DNA of 64,000 nucleotides from Ignavibacteriota bacterium (GCA_963801355.1 CAWDEM010000008.1:1312001-1376000), one strand, 5' to 3'. Positions 1 to 10,243 are shown, numbered from the stretch's first letter. The notes: a model not told the origin generated them from the sequence alone. Made by a program: numbers and translations.

Positions 1-1466
1 GTAAAACAGCACCCGCCTTCCGGCAGGTTTTCGGCATCCATCTCCCAGCCGCATTTGCCGACAGCCAGCTGGTGGGCGATTTGACAACCGTAGCCGGAAT
101 GCACGCCCACACCGGCTCCCGCCGGTTGTTTCTCTTCAAAGATTCTTTTCACACCCCGCCCATTCCGCTGCAGGAGCTCTTCACGGATGCCCACACCGTT
201 ATCCTGGATGCGCACCGTCGATGTGCCTGTCGCCGGGTCGACCCTCGTACGCAACGTGATCGTAATGGCGTTCTTCGCCCCGTGATCGATGCTGTTTTGA
301 ATGAGCGGCTCGAGGATTTCCCAGATGATGAACTCGTTGACGGGAACCTTGGGCAGCGCGGGATCCAGGTCATACGTAAACGAAAACATGTCGTTGCGGC
401 TCGAGATCCTCAGGAATACGTTCTGGACAATAAATTCGATAATGGCGTTGATATTCGAATGGAACACCGGGTTGACAATGGTATTGATGTCCTGATCGTA
501 CCACTTCATGTCGTAGATGATGCGCGAGATGAAGTTCGAATATGCGATCACCCTCTTTCTGATTTCTTCGATATTGCCGGGCGTCATCATGCGCACATCG
601 CTCTTGATGAAGCCCATGATCTTTTCGGCCTTATGGTGCGTGTGGTAGATGCGCCTCGTGAAAATGGATTCCTTTTCAAGGCGGATTTGTTTCTCCAGGT
701 TCGCCTGATGCTCCTCGAACAGCCGTTCACGCGCTTCGTTGCGCTCGCGCACCGCATTGGAGGAGACAACATACATCACGACCAGCCCGAGTAGCACGAG
801 TGCCGAGAACGCGAACGACACCCGGTCGAAATTCGCCTGCACCTCGTCGGTCAGCATCGTGAAGTCCGGCGAGATGCGCATGTAGAGCGCGCCGACAGAC
901 TCGCCGTACGGGACGAATGGGACGAGTACATTGAACGTTTTCTGATTGACCACATCGCTCAGAATCCGTTCATTGCGCATCAATTCATCTCTCCGGGCTG
1001 CGAAATAGGCCAGGGCGACAGTGGCGCTGTCTGACGTGCCGCCGTTGTACGCAGGGAGGCTTCCCTTGAAGAACTCGTTCATCTGCTCCCCGTTGCTCAC
1101 GAGGTAGGTGCGGTCGTCCTTCAGGAGAATGAGAGAAATCTCCTCGATGTTGCGTTGCAGGACAAGCTGTTTGAAGAAGACATTGACCGAATAGACGGCC
1201 TGCGCATCTTCAACCCTCCCTTCAGCCCACATGCGCTGCCGATGCTCAAAGAGGTTTTCCAGGCTGGCGGACGTGACCGAGGCAAGGCGCTCCGCATGGT
1301 ACTTCTGGAACCATCGCTGCGCATCATTCAGGAAGTTCGTCACCAGCGATCCCTGAAAAAGCACCAGCAGCAGCTGGAACAGGATCACCACAATGAAGAA
1401 CACGAGAATGTGGTTGATCTCGAACCTGTGCTGAGAGAGTTTCGATTTGATGTGGAGGAGACGCAT
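1..1466 (-). CDS. Membrane sensor histidine kinase (3' end runs off the window edge)
   Basis: Not in the ORF track; translated by hand from ATG 1466 (MRLLHIKSKLSQHRFEINHILVFFIVVILFQ...). Two TM segments, putative H-box RRIYHTHHKAEK, N-box EPLIQNSIDHG, G1 QDNGVGI, G2 HSGYGC; frame open to the window edge. Confidence 0.9.
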   Translation of the reverse strand, partial: MRLLHIKSKLSQHRFEINHILVFFIVVILFQLLLVLFQGSLVTNFLNDAQRWFQKYHAERLASVTSASLENLFEHRQRMWAEGRVEDAQAVYSVNVFFKQLVLQRNIEEISLILLKDDRTYLVSNGEQMNEFFKGSLPAYNGGTSDSATVALAYFAARRDELMRNERILSDVVNQKTFNVLVPFVPYGESVGALYMRISPDFTMLTDEVQANFDRVSFAFSALVLLGLVVMYVVSSNAVRERNEARERLFEEHQANLEKQIRLEKESIFTRRIYHTHHKAEKIMGFIKSDVRMMTPGNIEEIRKRVIAYSNFISRIIYDMKWYDQDINTIVNPVFHSNINAIIEFIVQNVFLRISSRNDMFSFTYDLDPALPKVPVNEFIIWEILEPLIQNSIDHGAKNAITITLRTRVDPATGTSTVRIQDNGVGIREELLQRNGRGVKRIFEEKQPAGAGVGVHSGYGCQIAHQLAVGKCGWEMDAENLPEGGCCF

Positions 1467-1486
1467 CGTGCGGGCTGACCGCTCCG

Positions 1487-2788
1487 TTACTTCCGTGTGA
1501 GGACGACGTCGTCCGAGCCGATAGCTTTGTTCGACAGCCGCAGCGCTTCTTCGACGGTGATGCGGCCGCGTATAGCCTGGGAACAATACTGCGCCAGCGC
1601 CTCGGAATACCTGGTGTAGTTCGGGTGTGCGGGACGGTGCACACCGAGCGTGGACGTGTGAACGATATCTGTGAGTTCGGGGTACTTCTTTCTATATTCT
1701 TCTTCCTCGTACAGCGCGCGAATGGACGGGAAGAATCCGGCCTTTGTGTAGATGGCCTCCTGCGATTCTTTCTCAAGCAAGAACTTGACAAACGCAACCG
1801 CTTCAGCTTTTTCCGAGCTGAGTTTCGACACCATCAAATCCCACCCGCCGATGGTCGAAGCCGCGGAGCCGCCGGCGAAGTGAGGCAGGGGCGCCTTGCG
1901 GATGAGCCGCTTCCCCGATGTCATGCCGGGGAAATCCCTGTCATAGCTCGTCCATCCCCTGATGAAACATCCATTGGTACGGAGGAAATACTCGTAACTC
2001 GACACCTCCGTCATTCCGGTAACCTCCGCGGGCGTCAAACCGTTCTTCTGCACGCAGTCGACCAGCAGCTGCAAAGCCTTGGCCGCCTGCGGAGTCTCGA
2101 AATCAAACCCGTGGATCTTGAAATAGTCAGGCTGAATCCCCTGGAGAAGTTCATTGTAGATGCACAGAAGGCCTTCGTAGGCGGCAGCGGGAAACACATA
2201 GTATGGACCGGGCCCGCGGAACTTCTTGCCGTACTTCACGAACTCTTCCCATGTTATGCCCTGCTGAACCTTCCCGGCAATCACGTCGCCGCCCGGAACC
2301 GAGCGCAGAATGTCATCCCGGTACAACAGCACGCCCCGGACGAGGCCGAGGGGGACAGCAACGAGCTTGCCATCCATGTAGCATGACCGCAGCCCTTCCT
2401 CCGAGATCCCCGCCAGTTCCTCTTTCGTGAAATACTGGTCGAGCGGTTCACTCCATCTTTCGAACCGTTGCACCCATATGACGTCGACCGCGAAGACATC
2501 AATGGCGTCCCCTTCGCCTCTCAGGAAGCGCGCGAGAATTTCCTTCCGCTCGTTTGTGGTGAAGTCTTCGTTGGGAAAGTCGATGGGAATGATCTTGACA
2601 CGACCTTCATGCCGGCGGTTGTACTCATCGATGAGTATCCGGTGGGCTTCCGTGAGCCGGTCGGCAAAATGTACTTCTTTAACGGTCGTTCCACGGTGCG
2701 TGGACAGGAAGGCCTGCCCTCCCACAAAGGAGAGGGCAATGAATGAAAGGAATAGCGCACCCCAATTCTGCCGAAGGAAGCTTTTCAT
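1487..2788 (-). CDS. Sugar-binding extracellular solute-binding protein (family 1) with N-terminal membrane anchor
   Basis: DVFAVDVIWV, LYRDDIL, ASTIGGW and RPAHPNY motifs typical of carbohydrate SBPs; likely start MKSFLRQNWG at 2788 (ORF track starts 2848). Confidence 0.85.
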   Translation of the reverse strand: MKSFLRQNWGALFLSFIALSFVGGQAFLSTHRGTTVKEVHFADRLTEAHRILIDEYNRRHEGRVKIIPIDFPNEDFTTNERKEILARFLRGEGDAIDVFAVDVIWVQRFERWSEPLDQYFTKEELAGISEEGLRSCYMDGKLVAVPLGLVRGVLLYRDDILRSVPGGDVIAGKVQQGITWEEFVKYGKKFRGPGPYYVFPAAAYEGLLCIYNELLQGIQPDYFKIHGFDFETPQAAKALQLLVDCVQKNGLTPAEVTGMTEVSSYEYFLRTNGCFIRGWTSYDRDFPGMTSGKRLIRKAPLPHFAGGSAASTIGGWDLMVSKLSSEKAEAVAFVKFLLEKESQEAIYTKAGFFPSIRALYEEEEYRKKYPELTDIVHTSTLGVHRPAHPNYTRYSEALAQYCSQAIRGRITVEEALRLSNKAIGSDDVVLTRK

Positions 2789-2904
2789 GCGTCCAGTCCA
2801 CATTTCAAGACACTTTCTCAGCAAATAATGTAGAAAAAGCGCCTCCAACGTTCAACCGGCGAAGGGAACCGACAGCGCACCATGACGACAGCGCAGGTGC
2901 ATGG

Positions 2905-4329
2905 CTATTTGCTTTTGTTGAGTTCGCCGTGCCCCGGGTCCCCGGGAAGGTTTCGGGCCTGTATCCTTCGAATGCAGTTGATGAGTGCGCGTGACGTATG
3001 ATAGTTGCACTTCCAGATCGAGGCCTTGGGTGAACGGGAGTGTTCGGGCGCCCTGTCAAGACCTCCCCAGAACCAGCCCCCATGCTTGAAATCAATAAGA
3101 TACTTCCTGCAATAGTCCCACTGCTCGCAGAACTTTCCGACGTAAAGGGACGCCTCCCCGGGGAAGAGCTCCGACATGAGCTGAAACGAATTGAGCGCTT
3201 CCGTCTGGCACCACCATTCTTTTGTCGAGCGCGTGATGGACGGCCGGTCATCACCTTCAGAGTAGGTGCCGCCGTCAAAAATGCCCCCGCGTTCGGGGTC
3301 CCACCCGTAAGCCAATGCGTGGTCGACCATCTTCCTGGCGACTCTGATCGTCGTTGTGTCGTTCTTCAGTCCCAGGGCGGAGGATGCTTCGAGCATCAGG
3401 TATGCCGTCTCAACGTCATGGCCGAACGACACGTGATCGAATTCATAGTTCTGTGCCCTGACTTCGGCTGAGGATTTTACAAACGAGACCGGGGTCCAGT
3501 CACGTTGAAAGAATAAGACCATGTACCCCCTGGGAGTCGTGATCACGTCGCGCACGAGATGCAGGAGTTCTTCGAGCCGTTTTCTCACCGTCGGGTCCGG
3601 CCAGACCTCATAGAGCGTAGTGAAGGCCTCGAGGAGATGTATTGATGAATTCTGATCCTTGGGAGGAGCGCCTCTCCACCCTTTTTCCAGGGGTGTGCCC
3701 TCACTGTCAATGAATTGAAAGTATCCTCCGTGCAGGGGGTCATAGCTGTGTGCCTCGAGCCAGCGGAAGGTCTCTTGTGCCATACGGAGCGCGGCGGTAT
3801 CGCCCGTGACACGGGCGCATTCGGCCAGCGCGTACACGGCAAAGGAATTGCCGTACGCCTTTTTGATGATGCGGCCATCTTCCAGAACCGGTTCACCCTC
3901 CCTGGTTACCATATCATAGAAGCCACCCCACCGCGGGTCCCACATTTTGTCCCGGAGAAACGCAATACCGTGGGTCGTGATGCCTTTAAAGGGAGTATCG
4001 GTGTTGTAGAACCGTGCCGCATGGGCGGCCGACCAGACATGGCGCGCCTGAGTCACAACGAATTTCTGCTGCGGGCCTACAACATTCCACTCATAGTCCA
4101 GGTCGCTGAAAAAGCCCCCGCAGACTGTATCGACGGATCGCGGATACCACGCAGCGAACTCGGCGTCGAGCACGCCCCGCATCTGGCAGGCGATGGTGTC
4201 GAGATTCGTCTGCACCGGTGCCTGTTGGTCATTCATCGTCGCGCATCCCATCGTGGAGAAAAGGGAAGAGAGCAAGAGGGAGAGTACAGGAGCGAAGGAC
4301 ACCACGTTCAGTCTTCTGATTGTCGGCAT
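2905..4329 (-). CDS. AGE-family epimerase, probable cellobiose/mannobiose 2-epimerase
   Basis: QARHVW, YGNSFAVYAL, KDQNSSIHLLEAF, SFGHDVETAYL, WWCQTE, WKCNYH motifs of the AGE/CE family; mannan-locus context. Confidence 0.88.
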   Translation of the reverse strand: MPTIRRLNVVSFAPVLSLLLSSLFSTMGCATMNDQQAPVQTNLDTIACQMRGVLDAEFAAWYPRSVDTVCGGFFSDLDYEWNVVGPQQKFVVTQARHVWSAAHAARFYNTDTPFKGITTHGIAFLRDKMWDPRWGGFYDMVTREGEPVLEDGRIIKKAYGNSFAVYALAECARVTGDTAALRMAQETFRWLEAHSYDPLHGGYFQFIDSEGTPLEKGWRGAPPKDQNSSIHLLEAFTTLYEVWPDPTVRKRLEELLHLVRDVITTPRGYMVLFFQRDWTPVSFVKSSAEVRAQNYEFDHVSFGHDVETAYLMLEASSALGLKNDTTTIRVARKMVDHALAYGWDPERGGIFDGGTYSEGDDRPSITRSTKEWWCQTEALNSFQLMSELFPGEASLYVGKFCEQWDYCRKYLIDFKHGGWFWGGLDRAPEHSRSPKASIWKCNYHTSRALINCIRRIQARNLPGDPGHGELNKSK

Positions 4330-4350
4330 GGGGCCCCTCACGAGGAAAGA

Positions 4351-4396
4351 GAAAAAATTCAGGGCGGCTGGCGCGGTAGCGCTGCCGGCCGCCCTG
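4351..4396 (-). terminator. Intrinsic terminator between the T9SS beta-helix gene and the epimerase gene
   Basis: GC-rich stem CAGGGCGGC...GCCGCCCTG followed on the - strand by AATTTTTTC. Confidence 0.7.
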
Positions 4397-4425
4397 CAAT
4401 CACCACACCGGATTCACGGATCCGG

Positions 4426-7083
4426 CTACTTCAGAAGCATCATCTTCTTGATCGCAACGTACGAACCTGCCTCCAAACGATACAGATAGACGCCGGTAGC
4501 CAGGTTGGTGGCGTTAAACGTCACCGTGTGATTCCCGGCGGTCAACTGACCGTTCACAAGCGTGGTCACGCGTTGACCCAGGATGTTGTACACAGTCAAC
4601 TGCACGTTGGAAGTGCTCATCAACGAGAAGTTGATTGTCGTTGTCGGGTTGAACGGATTGGGATAGTTCTGGTCCAATGCAAAGGCAAATGGTTGTTCGC
4701 CAGGGTTGACACCGGCCACCACTTCCTCTTTGATCAATTGGACATAGTCGATGTTCACACCCGATCCGCTCAGCGTGAAGACATGGTCGCCGGCTGTCAG
4801 CGCAAACACACCCGAATACACGTCGTTACCTGTCGAGTCCGGAATGCTGCCGCCGGGTTTCGTCTTGAACGGCAAGACAGGGCTGGTGATGGTAGTCGCC
4901 CCCTCCTTCAGCGTGAGTGTCGCGCCTGCACCTGCAAGGTTCTGGCCGAAGACGCGCAGGTGGTAATTGCCTGCAACCTTCGGTTTCACAGTGAAGGTCA
5001 AACCTCCGTTCGTGCCCATCTCAACGAACTTGAATCCGGCAGCCACCCAGGTCACGCCCACTGCACCCGGCGTAACCAACACTGGGACGGCGTCGGGGGC
5101 TTTCAACTTGATTGTGTCTGTCGTGCCACGCTTCACGATTTGGACTTCGGCGAATCTCACCGTGCCCCATCCGCCGCCCACAACCCCGATCGTGTGCGTG
5201 CCTGCGGTCAGGGTGAAGAGATTCTGAGTGGTAGCCGAATCACCCCAGGGAGAAGTGACCATCACTGAGTCCGCAACAATGGGAACCCAGATCCAATCGT
5301 TGTTCGGCTGACCCGCTGCCGGTCCAAGGAGCGGGTCCATGACGAACTGACCCCATCCATGCGCCCTGTCGACAAACGTGGCGCCATCGATCGCCAGGCA
5401 TGGACCGCTTTGACCGCGACCGGTCTCGTGAACCAGCCATTTCGTATCATACTTGCCGGCATTTGTGATATTGACCGTCCAGGTAATTGACCCGCTGCCA
5501 TTATACTCGAAGTATGTGAGCCCTTGGGTCGACTTGATGGCTGCGGGGGCTGTAAGTGTGGTGTTTTCCGCCTGGATGGTGGAATCCAGTGTGGTGACTA
5601 TTACCTGACCCGCGAGGTTCTCCACCGTCTTAACTTTGCCGGCCTGGTCTGCGAGGAACGTCGCTTTGCTTGTTGGGAACCAGTTCAGATCTCCGATGGG
5701 AAGACCATCTGTGCCGGCGGTCAACATGCTGGCTTCGGTGTAGGCGAAATTCTCCGGCAATGGCCAGGTGTAATCCGTCCACGCCGAATTCTGTTTGTAC
5801 ACGAACTGCGCTCCTGGGGTAAGGTTCGCACGGAGAGTCCGGATGCACGCCCACATCGAATCAATCATCGATCCGGTCGAGGTCGTGTACTGCGGCTTCT
5901 GCCAGTTGACGTCATTGAGCGGGTCAAACATTCCGGCCGGATAACCGCTCAACCATACCGTGTCCTTCACATACATATGGTTCCCGCCTGCGACGGTATA
6001 GAGGTTTGAGAAGTCCAGTTTTGAAATCGGATCCATGAAGTACGCCCGCTGGACGCCATCGGTGGTGTACAGCGCAGTGAAGCGCGGGTCGAGATAAGCG
6101 TAGTTCTTCGCGACGACTATTCGCCGTGCTTCATTGGGAACACCGTACACCGACGGCAACGGCCCGATGGTAAAGAGTCCGTTATACGTCTGCCGCGGAT
6201 CACGGCCGGTGGCGGTCAGGTCAGACGTTCCTTCTCCCTGCCAGAAGCCGTTGATGATGAGGTTGTTGGCGAAGTAGCCATTCTGCCACCAGTTGCCCTG
6301 GACAAGTTGACGTCCGCATTCCACAACGGTGTTGTGGTTGAACCGGACATACTTGGCCGAGCCGCCTTCGATCTGGAGGACGAAGCACCCGGTGTTAAAG
6401 AAGGTGTTGTTCTCCACGATGACCGAATCCTGGTCCGCCCAAATGGAAATGCCGCGTCCGGTCCACTGTTGCGTGATGGGCCTCTCGACGAGATTTCTGA
6501 ACTTATTGTTGGTGTAGGTGATCTTGTTTCCCGACCCCGTGAAAGCGATCGGCGCGAAGTTCGACTGCTCGATGATGCAGTTATCGATGATGAATGTCGA
6601 ATTGTTGGCAGTCATCGTGATGAACTGATAATTACTCGTTTGCGCACCGGTGCTCCAACGGCCCGTGATGTAGAGGTTCTTGAACGTCACATCCGCGAGA
6701 CCTGTAAACATACGGCCGTCAGGATTGCCGCCTGATGCAGTCAGCACACTCTGTATATACGGCGGGTTCTCCATGAAAGTGGTGCCGGCCGGTTCACCCA
6801 CGAGGCGCAGTGGGAACGTTTTTCCGTTCTGGCTGTTTTCTATACGGTTTGCCAGCCAGTACAGACCTCCTTTCTGCAACTTGTACACACGGTTCATGTT
6901 CACTCTGCTGCCGTTGGCCAGGGTGTCTCCCAAGATGACATTGCGGAGTGTGTCGATCGTGGGATTGATCCCATCTTTCGACCAGGGGACAACGAGCGTA
7001 TCCTGTGATCGAACCAGCTGTGCCGGCCAGAGGATGGCCAGCACCACGAGAACCACAAGGAAAAGCGTACTGAGGTGTTTCAT
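4426..7083 (-). CDS. T9SS-secreted protein: parallel beta-helix domain, two CBM6/CBM35-like modules, CTD
   Basis: Signal peptide MKHLSTLFLVV; beta-helix repeats (IIDNCIIE, ITYTNNKF, IVENNTFFN, RFNHNTV); 'LTAGTHTI' and 'LTAGDHVF..NIDYVQL' CBM-like strands; [11 protein letters not shown]...KKMMLLK CTD. Confidence 0.8.
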   Translation of the reverse strand: MKHLSTLFLVVLVVLAILWPAQLVRSQDTLVVPWSKDGINPTIDTLRNVILGDTLANGSRVNMNRVYKLQKGGLYWLANRIENSQNGKTFPLRLVGEPAGTTFMENPPYIQSVLTASGGNPDGRMFTGLADVTFKNLYITGRWSTGAQTSNYQFITMTANNSTFIIDNCIIEQSNFAPIAFTGSGNKITYTNNKFRNLVERPITQQWTGRGISIWADQDSVIVENNTFFNTGCFVLQIEGGSAKYVRFNHNTVVECGRQLVQGNWWQNGYFANNLIINGFWQGEGTSDLTATGRDPRQTYNGLFTIGPLPSVYGVPNEARRIVVAKNYAYLDPRFTALYTTDGVQRAYFMDPISKLDFSNLYTVAGGNHMYVKDTVWLSGYPAGMFDPLNDVNWQKPQYTTSTGSMIDSMWACIRTLRANLTPGAQFVYKQNSAWTDYTWPLPENFAYTEASMLTAGTDGLPIGDLNWFPTSKATFLADQAGKVKTVENLAGQVIVTTLDSTIQAENTTLTAPAAIKSTQGLTYFEYNGSGSITWTVNITNAGKYDTKWLVHETGRGQSGPCLAIDGATFVDRAHGWGQFVMDPLLGPAAGQPNNDWIWVPIVADSVMVTSPWGDSATTQNLFTLTAGTHTIGVVGGGWGTVRFAEVQIVKRGTTDTIKLKAPDAVPVLVTPGAVGVTWVAAGFKFVEMGTNGGLTFTVKPKVAGNYHLRVFGQNLAGAGATLTLKEGATTITSPVLPFKTKPGGSIPDSTGNDVYSGVFALTAGDHVFTLSGSGVNIDYVQLIKEEVVAGVNPGEQPFAFALDQNYPNPFNPTTTINFSLMSTSNVQLTVYNILGQRVTTLVNGQLTAGNHTVTFNATNLATGVYLYRLEAGSYVAIKKMMLLK

Positions 7084-7150
7084 ATTACTCCTCCAACGAT
7101 TTGTGGCTGGGTACATCGTGAATTAGGTACTCCGCGTACTGCCGGTACAT

Positions 7151-10144
7151 CTACAACGTGAATCGCACACCGACATCCATTGTGAAGCCGTAGTACTCCA
7201 GATATGAGGGGTTGGTCATGGTATATCCCCGGTAGGTCTCATCATGCCTGTTGTTCAGATTGTTCAGGTTTGCAAAAAGCTGGATCCCCCAACCCAGTTT
7301 CTGCTGGAGCGTGATGTCCCACCGGTAGTAATCTGCAACGAACGTGTCCAGAGCCTCATCGATAGCAATGAAGCTTGTTCTGTCGGATTGGTAGAGGAAA
7401 ATCACTCGGCCGGAAAATCCTTCATAATCATACCCGACGCTGACGTTGACGGTATGGGCCGGTTGGTCGGGCATGCGTGCCGTCCGTGCGGACTCGACGA
7501 GTTTCTTTTGATAGAGAGGAGGACGATGGCCCGGGATGATGATGTCCGTGGGGACAACATTGAAGAGCTGTTTGTGTGTTTGCGAATAGATGCGCGTGTA
7601 GTTGACGTTCAACACGATTCCCTGCAGGATTGAAGGGAGGTACCAGAAGTGCGTCTGCCACTCGACTTCGAATCCTTTATAGATTGCACGAGCCGGGTTG
7701 TTGGTATACGTGTCGAGCTGGAAGCTGTTGTCGCTAAGCCAGCGTGCAGGGATGTTCAAGCCGTCTGGTAGCGGATACCCCGGATCGTCCGTTCCCTGGG
7801 GCTGTGTGTAGTAGATCGTGCTCTGGAGAATCAAGTCGTACACGTCTTTGTAGAAGCCCGAAAGCGAGAACAGACCTATGTCGTTGTCAAACACCGAGAT
7901 CGACGCATCCCAATTGTAGGCATGTGCCGGCTTCAGCAGCGAATTGGCGGCCCGGCAGTAGTTGTTGTTGGAGTTCATTGAAGTGATCGGCGCGTACATC
8001 ATGTAGTCCGGCTGCGTCAGCGTTTCTGTCCGCGCGAGCCTGATCTTCACCCAGTCCAACGGTGAAAGGGTCAGTTGCACCATGGGGAGCCAGAACTGGT
8101 TGTCACGCTCCACGTACAGCGGGCTCAAATCCGTGGGGGCCTGTTCGACGTTGCTGACTTTGTTGGCTCTGAACACCTGACCGTGGTAGGCGGTGTAGTA
8201 GCGTTCCCAGCGGACCCCGGGCAACAGCGTTGCAAACCGGGCGATATTCAGCTCGGTCATCAGGTAGACTGCTTGATAGCGTTCGATGCCGCTGTAGTCG
8301 CGCCCAAGGCTCCCTACCCCGTACTGTTTCCATTCGGTGGTCGAGCTCAGGGCATCTGTGAATTTGTTGAGTAACCCGAGGTTTGCCACCATCCCCTGCG
8401 GCCAGGTGCCGCCGAGGAAGTTGTCGCGCGAATAGTTGTAGTCAAGGAATCGCGTAATGGGAAGCTGTCCCCACTTCCGGGCGAGCGTGGAATCTTCCTG
8501 CCAGTTGAACTCATCGGGATACAGCTCGGCAAGCTTCTTGAGCGCGGCTGTCAGCGGCGCATTCACGGAGGTTTGTCCGTACTGGAGTCCGTCACGGCCC
8601 CAGGATGTCTCATCATTTGCCCTGTTCAGCCACCGATATGTCCCGCCGATTTTCACGTAACCGTTCACTTCATCGATGATACTCACAGGCATCGCAACGT
8701 TCACCTGGAAGGAATTCTGATATTCCCATCTCCTCGTGGAATTGATGTACGCGTCTCGAAATCCGGTTCTGTTCGAATCGACGGTTTCCAGCGCCGGAAG
8801 GTCAAAAGGATACGTGTCAAGGGGTGCATTGGGAAATGCGTTATTCTCCTGCGCAAAACCCCAGGTGCGGCTCATCGGATTATCAGAGTACGAACCGGCT
8901 CTGGAAAGGCTGACATCAAATTTTACCAGATCATAATCCTGCTTGAGACCCAGCGCCGCGGTGAAGATGTTCGTCTTGGATTCTTCCTGCTGGAAGTCAT
9001 AGTAGTGTGAGCCGTGTTCGCGATCAGGCCTGTTCGTGCGCCATGTGAGATCGGTCCCCAGCTGATTGTAGAAACCGTTCGCGGTGACTTTCCCGAAGGG
9101 GATAGTGTAGTCCAACAGGAGGCTGCCTCCGGCACGTTTGCGCATCACACTTTCGTCTCTCAACTGGACGTCCTGAATACCGACGCTCACCTTGTCAGCG
9201 ATTCTCCTTGTCAGGTACGAGCCCTGGAACTTGTCCGCAGCCCGGTTGTATTTGTCGGTATTGAGGCTCGCGATGACGCCGAGGTCGCCGTCGAGAAACC
9301 GGCTGCTCCAGTTGCCCGTGAACGCATAGTTCCCGTAGTAATTCTGGATCCGGTTATATCCCATCTGAGCCGAAAAGTTGAGTTGAGGATCGACGGGCGC
9401 CTCTCTCAGCTTGAGATCCACCGTGCCGCCAAGGGCGGCCGCCTCCATGTCGGGCGTGTTTGCCTTCTTCACCTCAATGCCGTCGAGGATGTTCGAAGAG
9501 ATCATTGAGAGGTCCACACTGCGGTCGTCCCCGCCGGTTGCAGGAAGAGCCACGCCGTTTACCGTGATCGTGTTGTATTTGGCGGAAAGGCCGCGTATGA
9601 CCACCGTGCTCGCTTCGCCGTTCGACCGGTTGATGGCGACGCCCGGAAGCCGGCCGATGGACTCTGCTGCATTCACATCGGGCAGCTCCTTGATTCTGGC
9701 AGCGGAGACAATGTTGGAAATGGTGTTGGAAGCAAGTTGCTGGTTGATTGCCGCGTTCTGCCCCTGCGCCTGAGCGGTAACAAGCACCTCTTCACCCTCG
9801 AGGGTTTGTGCCGTGAGGCCGATTTCGAACTCCAGCGTCGCATCCGCCGTCACATTTTGCTCGGTGTTCTGCGACACATACCCCACGTATGATGCTTTGA
9901 TCACCTGCCTCCCGGCAGGAACATTCCGGATTTCGAATTTCCCGTCGAGGTTTGTCGCAGCACCCAGCGATGTGTTGAGGACTATGATGTTCGCCCCCGG
10001 AAGCCCGTCTCCGGTCTTCTTATCGAAGACCCGCCCTTTGACGTTGCCGGTTCCCTGGCCGAGTGAAGTGCAGGGCACCAGCAGTACGGCCAGAAGAATG
10101 GCCAGCGCATGTGTGTTTCGCAAGTTGTAGAGACTGTACGGCAT
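7151..10144 (-). CDS. TonB-dependent receptor with N-terminal carboxypeptidase-regulatory-like domain
   Basis: GRVFDKKTGDGLPGANI N-domain, plug ELPDVNAAESIGRLPGV/IRGL, EVKKANTPDMEA, C-terminal NNLNN...GVRFTL; likely start MPYSLY at 10144. Confidence 0.92.
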   Translation of the reverse strand: MPYSLYNLRNTHALAILLAVLLVPCTSLGQGTGNVKGRVFDKKTGDGLPGANIIVLNTSLGAATNLDGKFEIRNVPAGRQVIKASYVGYVSQNTEQNVTADATLEFEIGLTAQTLEGEEVLVTAQAQGQNAAINQQLASNTISNIVSAARIKELPDVNAAESIGRLPGVAINRSNGEASTVVIRGLSAKYNTITVNGVALPATGGDDRSVDLSMISSNILDGIEVKKANTPDMEAAALGGTVDLKLREAPVDPQLNFSAQMGYNRIQNYYGNYAFTGNWSSRFLDGDLGVIASLNTDKYNRAADKFQGSYLTRRIADKVSVGIQDVQLRDESVMRKRAGGSLLLDYTIPFGKVTANGFYNQLGTDLTWRTNRPDREHGSHYYDFQQEESKTNIFTAALGLKQDYDLVKFDVSLSRAGSYSDNPMSRTWGFAQENNAFPNAPLDTYPFDLPALETVDSNRTGFRDAYINSTRRWEYQNSFQVNVAMPVSIIDEVNGYVKIGGTYRWLNRANDETSWGRDGLQYGQTSVNAPLTAALKKLAELYPDEFNWQEDSTLARKWGQLPITRFLDYNYSRDNFLGGTWPQGMVANLGLLNKFTDALSSTTEWKQYGVGSLGRDYSGIERYQAVYLMTELNIARFATLLPGVRWERYYTAYHGQVFRANKVSNVEQAPTDLSPLYVERDNQFWLPMVQLTLSPLDWVKIRLARTETLTQPDYMMYAPITSMNSNNNYCRAANSLLKPAHAYNWDASISVFDNDIGLFSLSGFYKDVYDLILQSTIYYTQPQGTDDPGYPLPDGLNIPARWLSDNSFQLDTYTNNPARAIYKGFEVEWQTHFWYLPSILQGIVLNVNYTRIYSQTHKQLFNVVPTDIIIPGHRPPLYQKKLVESARTARMPDQPAHTVNVSVGYDYEGFSGRVIFLYQSDRTSFIAIDEALDTFVADYYRWDITLQQKLGWGIQLFANLNNLNNRHDETYRGYTMTNPSYLEYYGFTMDVGVRFTL

Positions 10145-10243
10145 AGACTCCTCCTCAGGAAGGTGTCGTTCCGGCTGTTGACGATCGTTTTCTCGTTCGA
10201 TCAACACAAGTCAGGCTTGCAACTCCCCCGGGTCTCTTGCCAG

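Noticed and set aside
72-794. 240-aa + strand ORF
   Set aside because: Antisense shadow of the histidine kinase, which has clear motifs on the - strand.
3715-5268. 517-aa + strand ORF (and similar ones such as 12428-13435, 21719-22723, 22868-24055, 59844-60899)
   Set aside because: Antisense shadows of well-supported genes in GC-rich DNA; no recognisable motifs.
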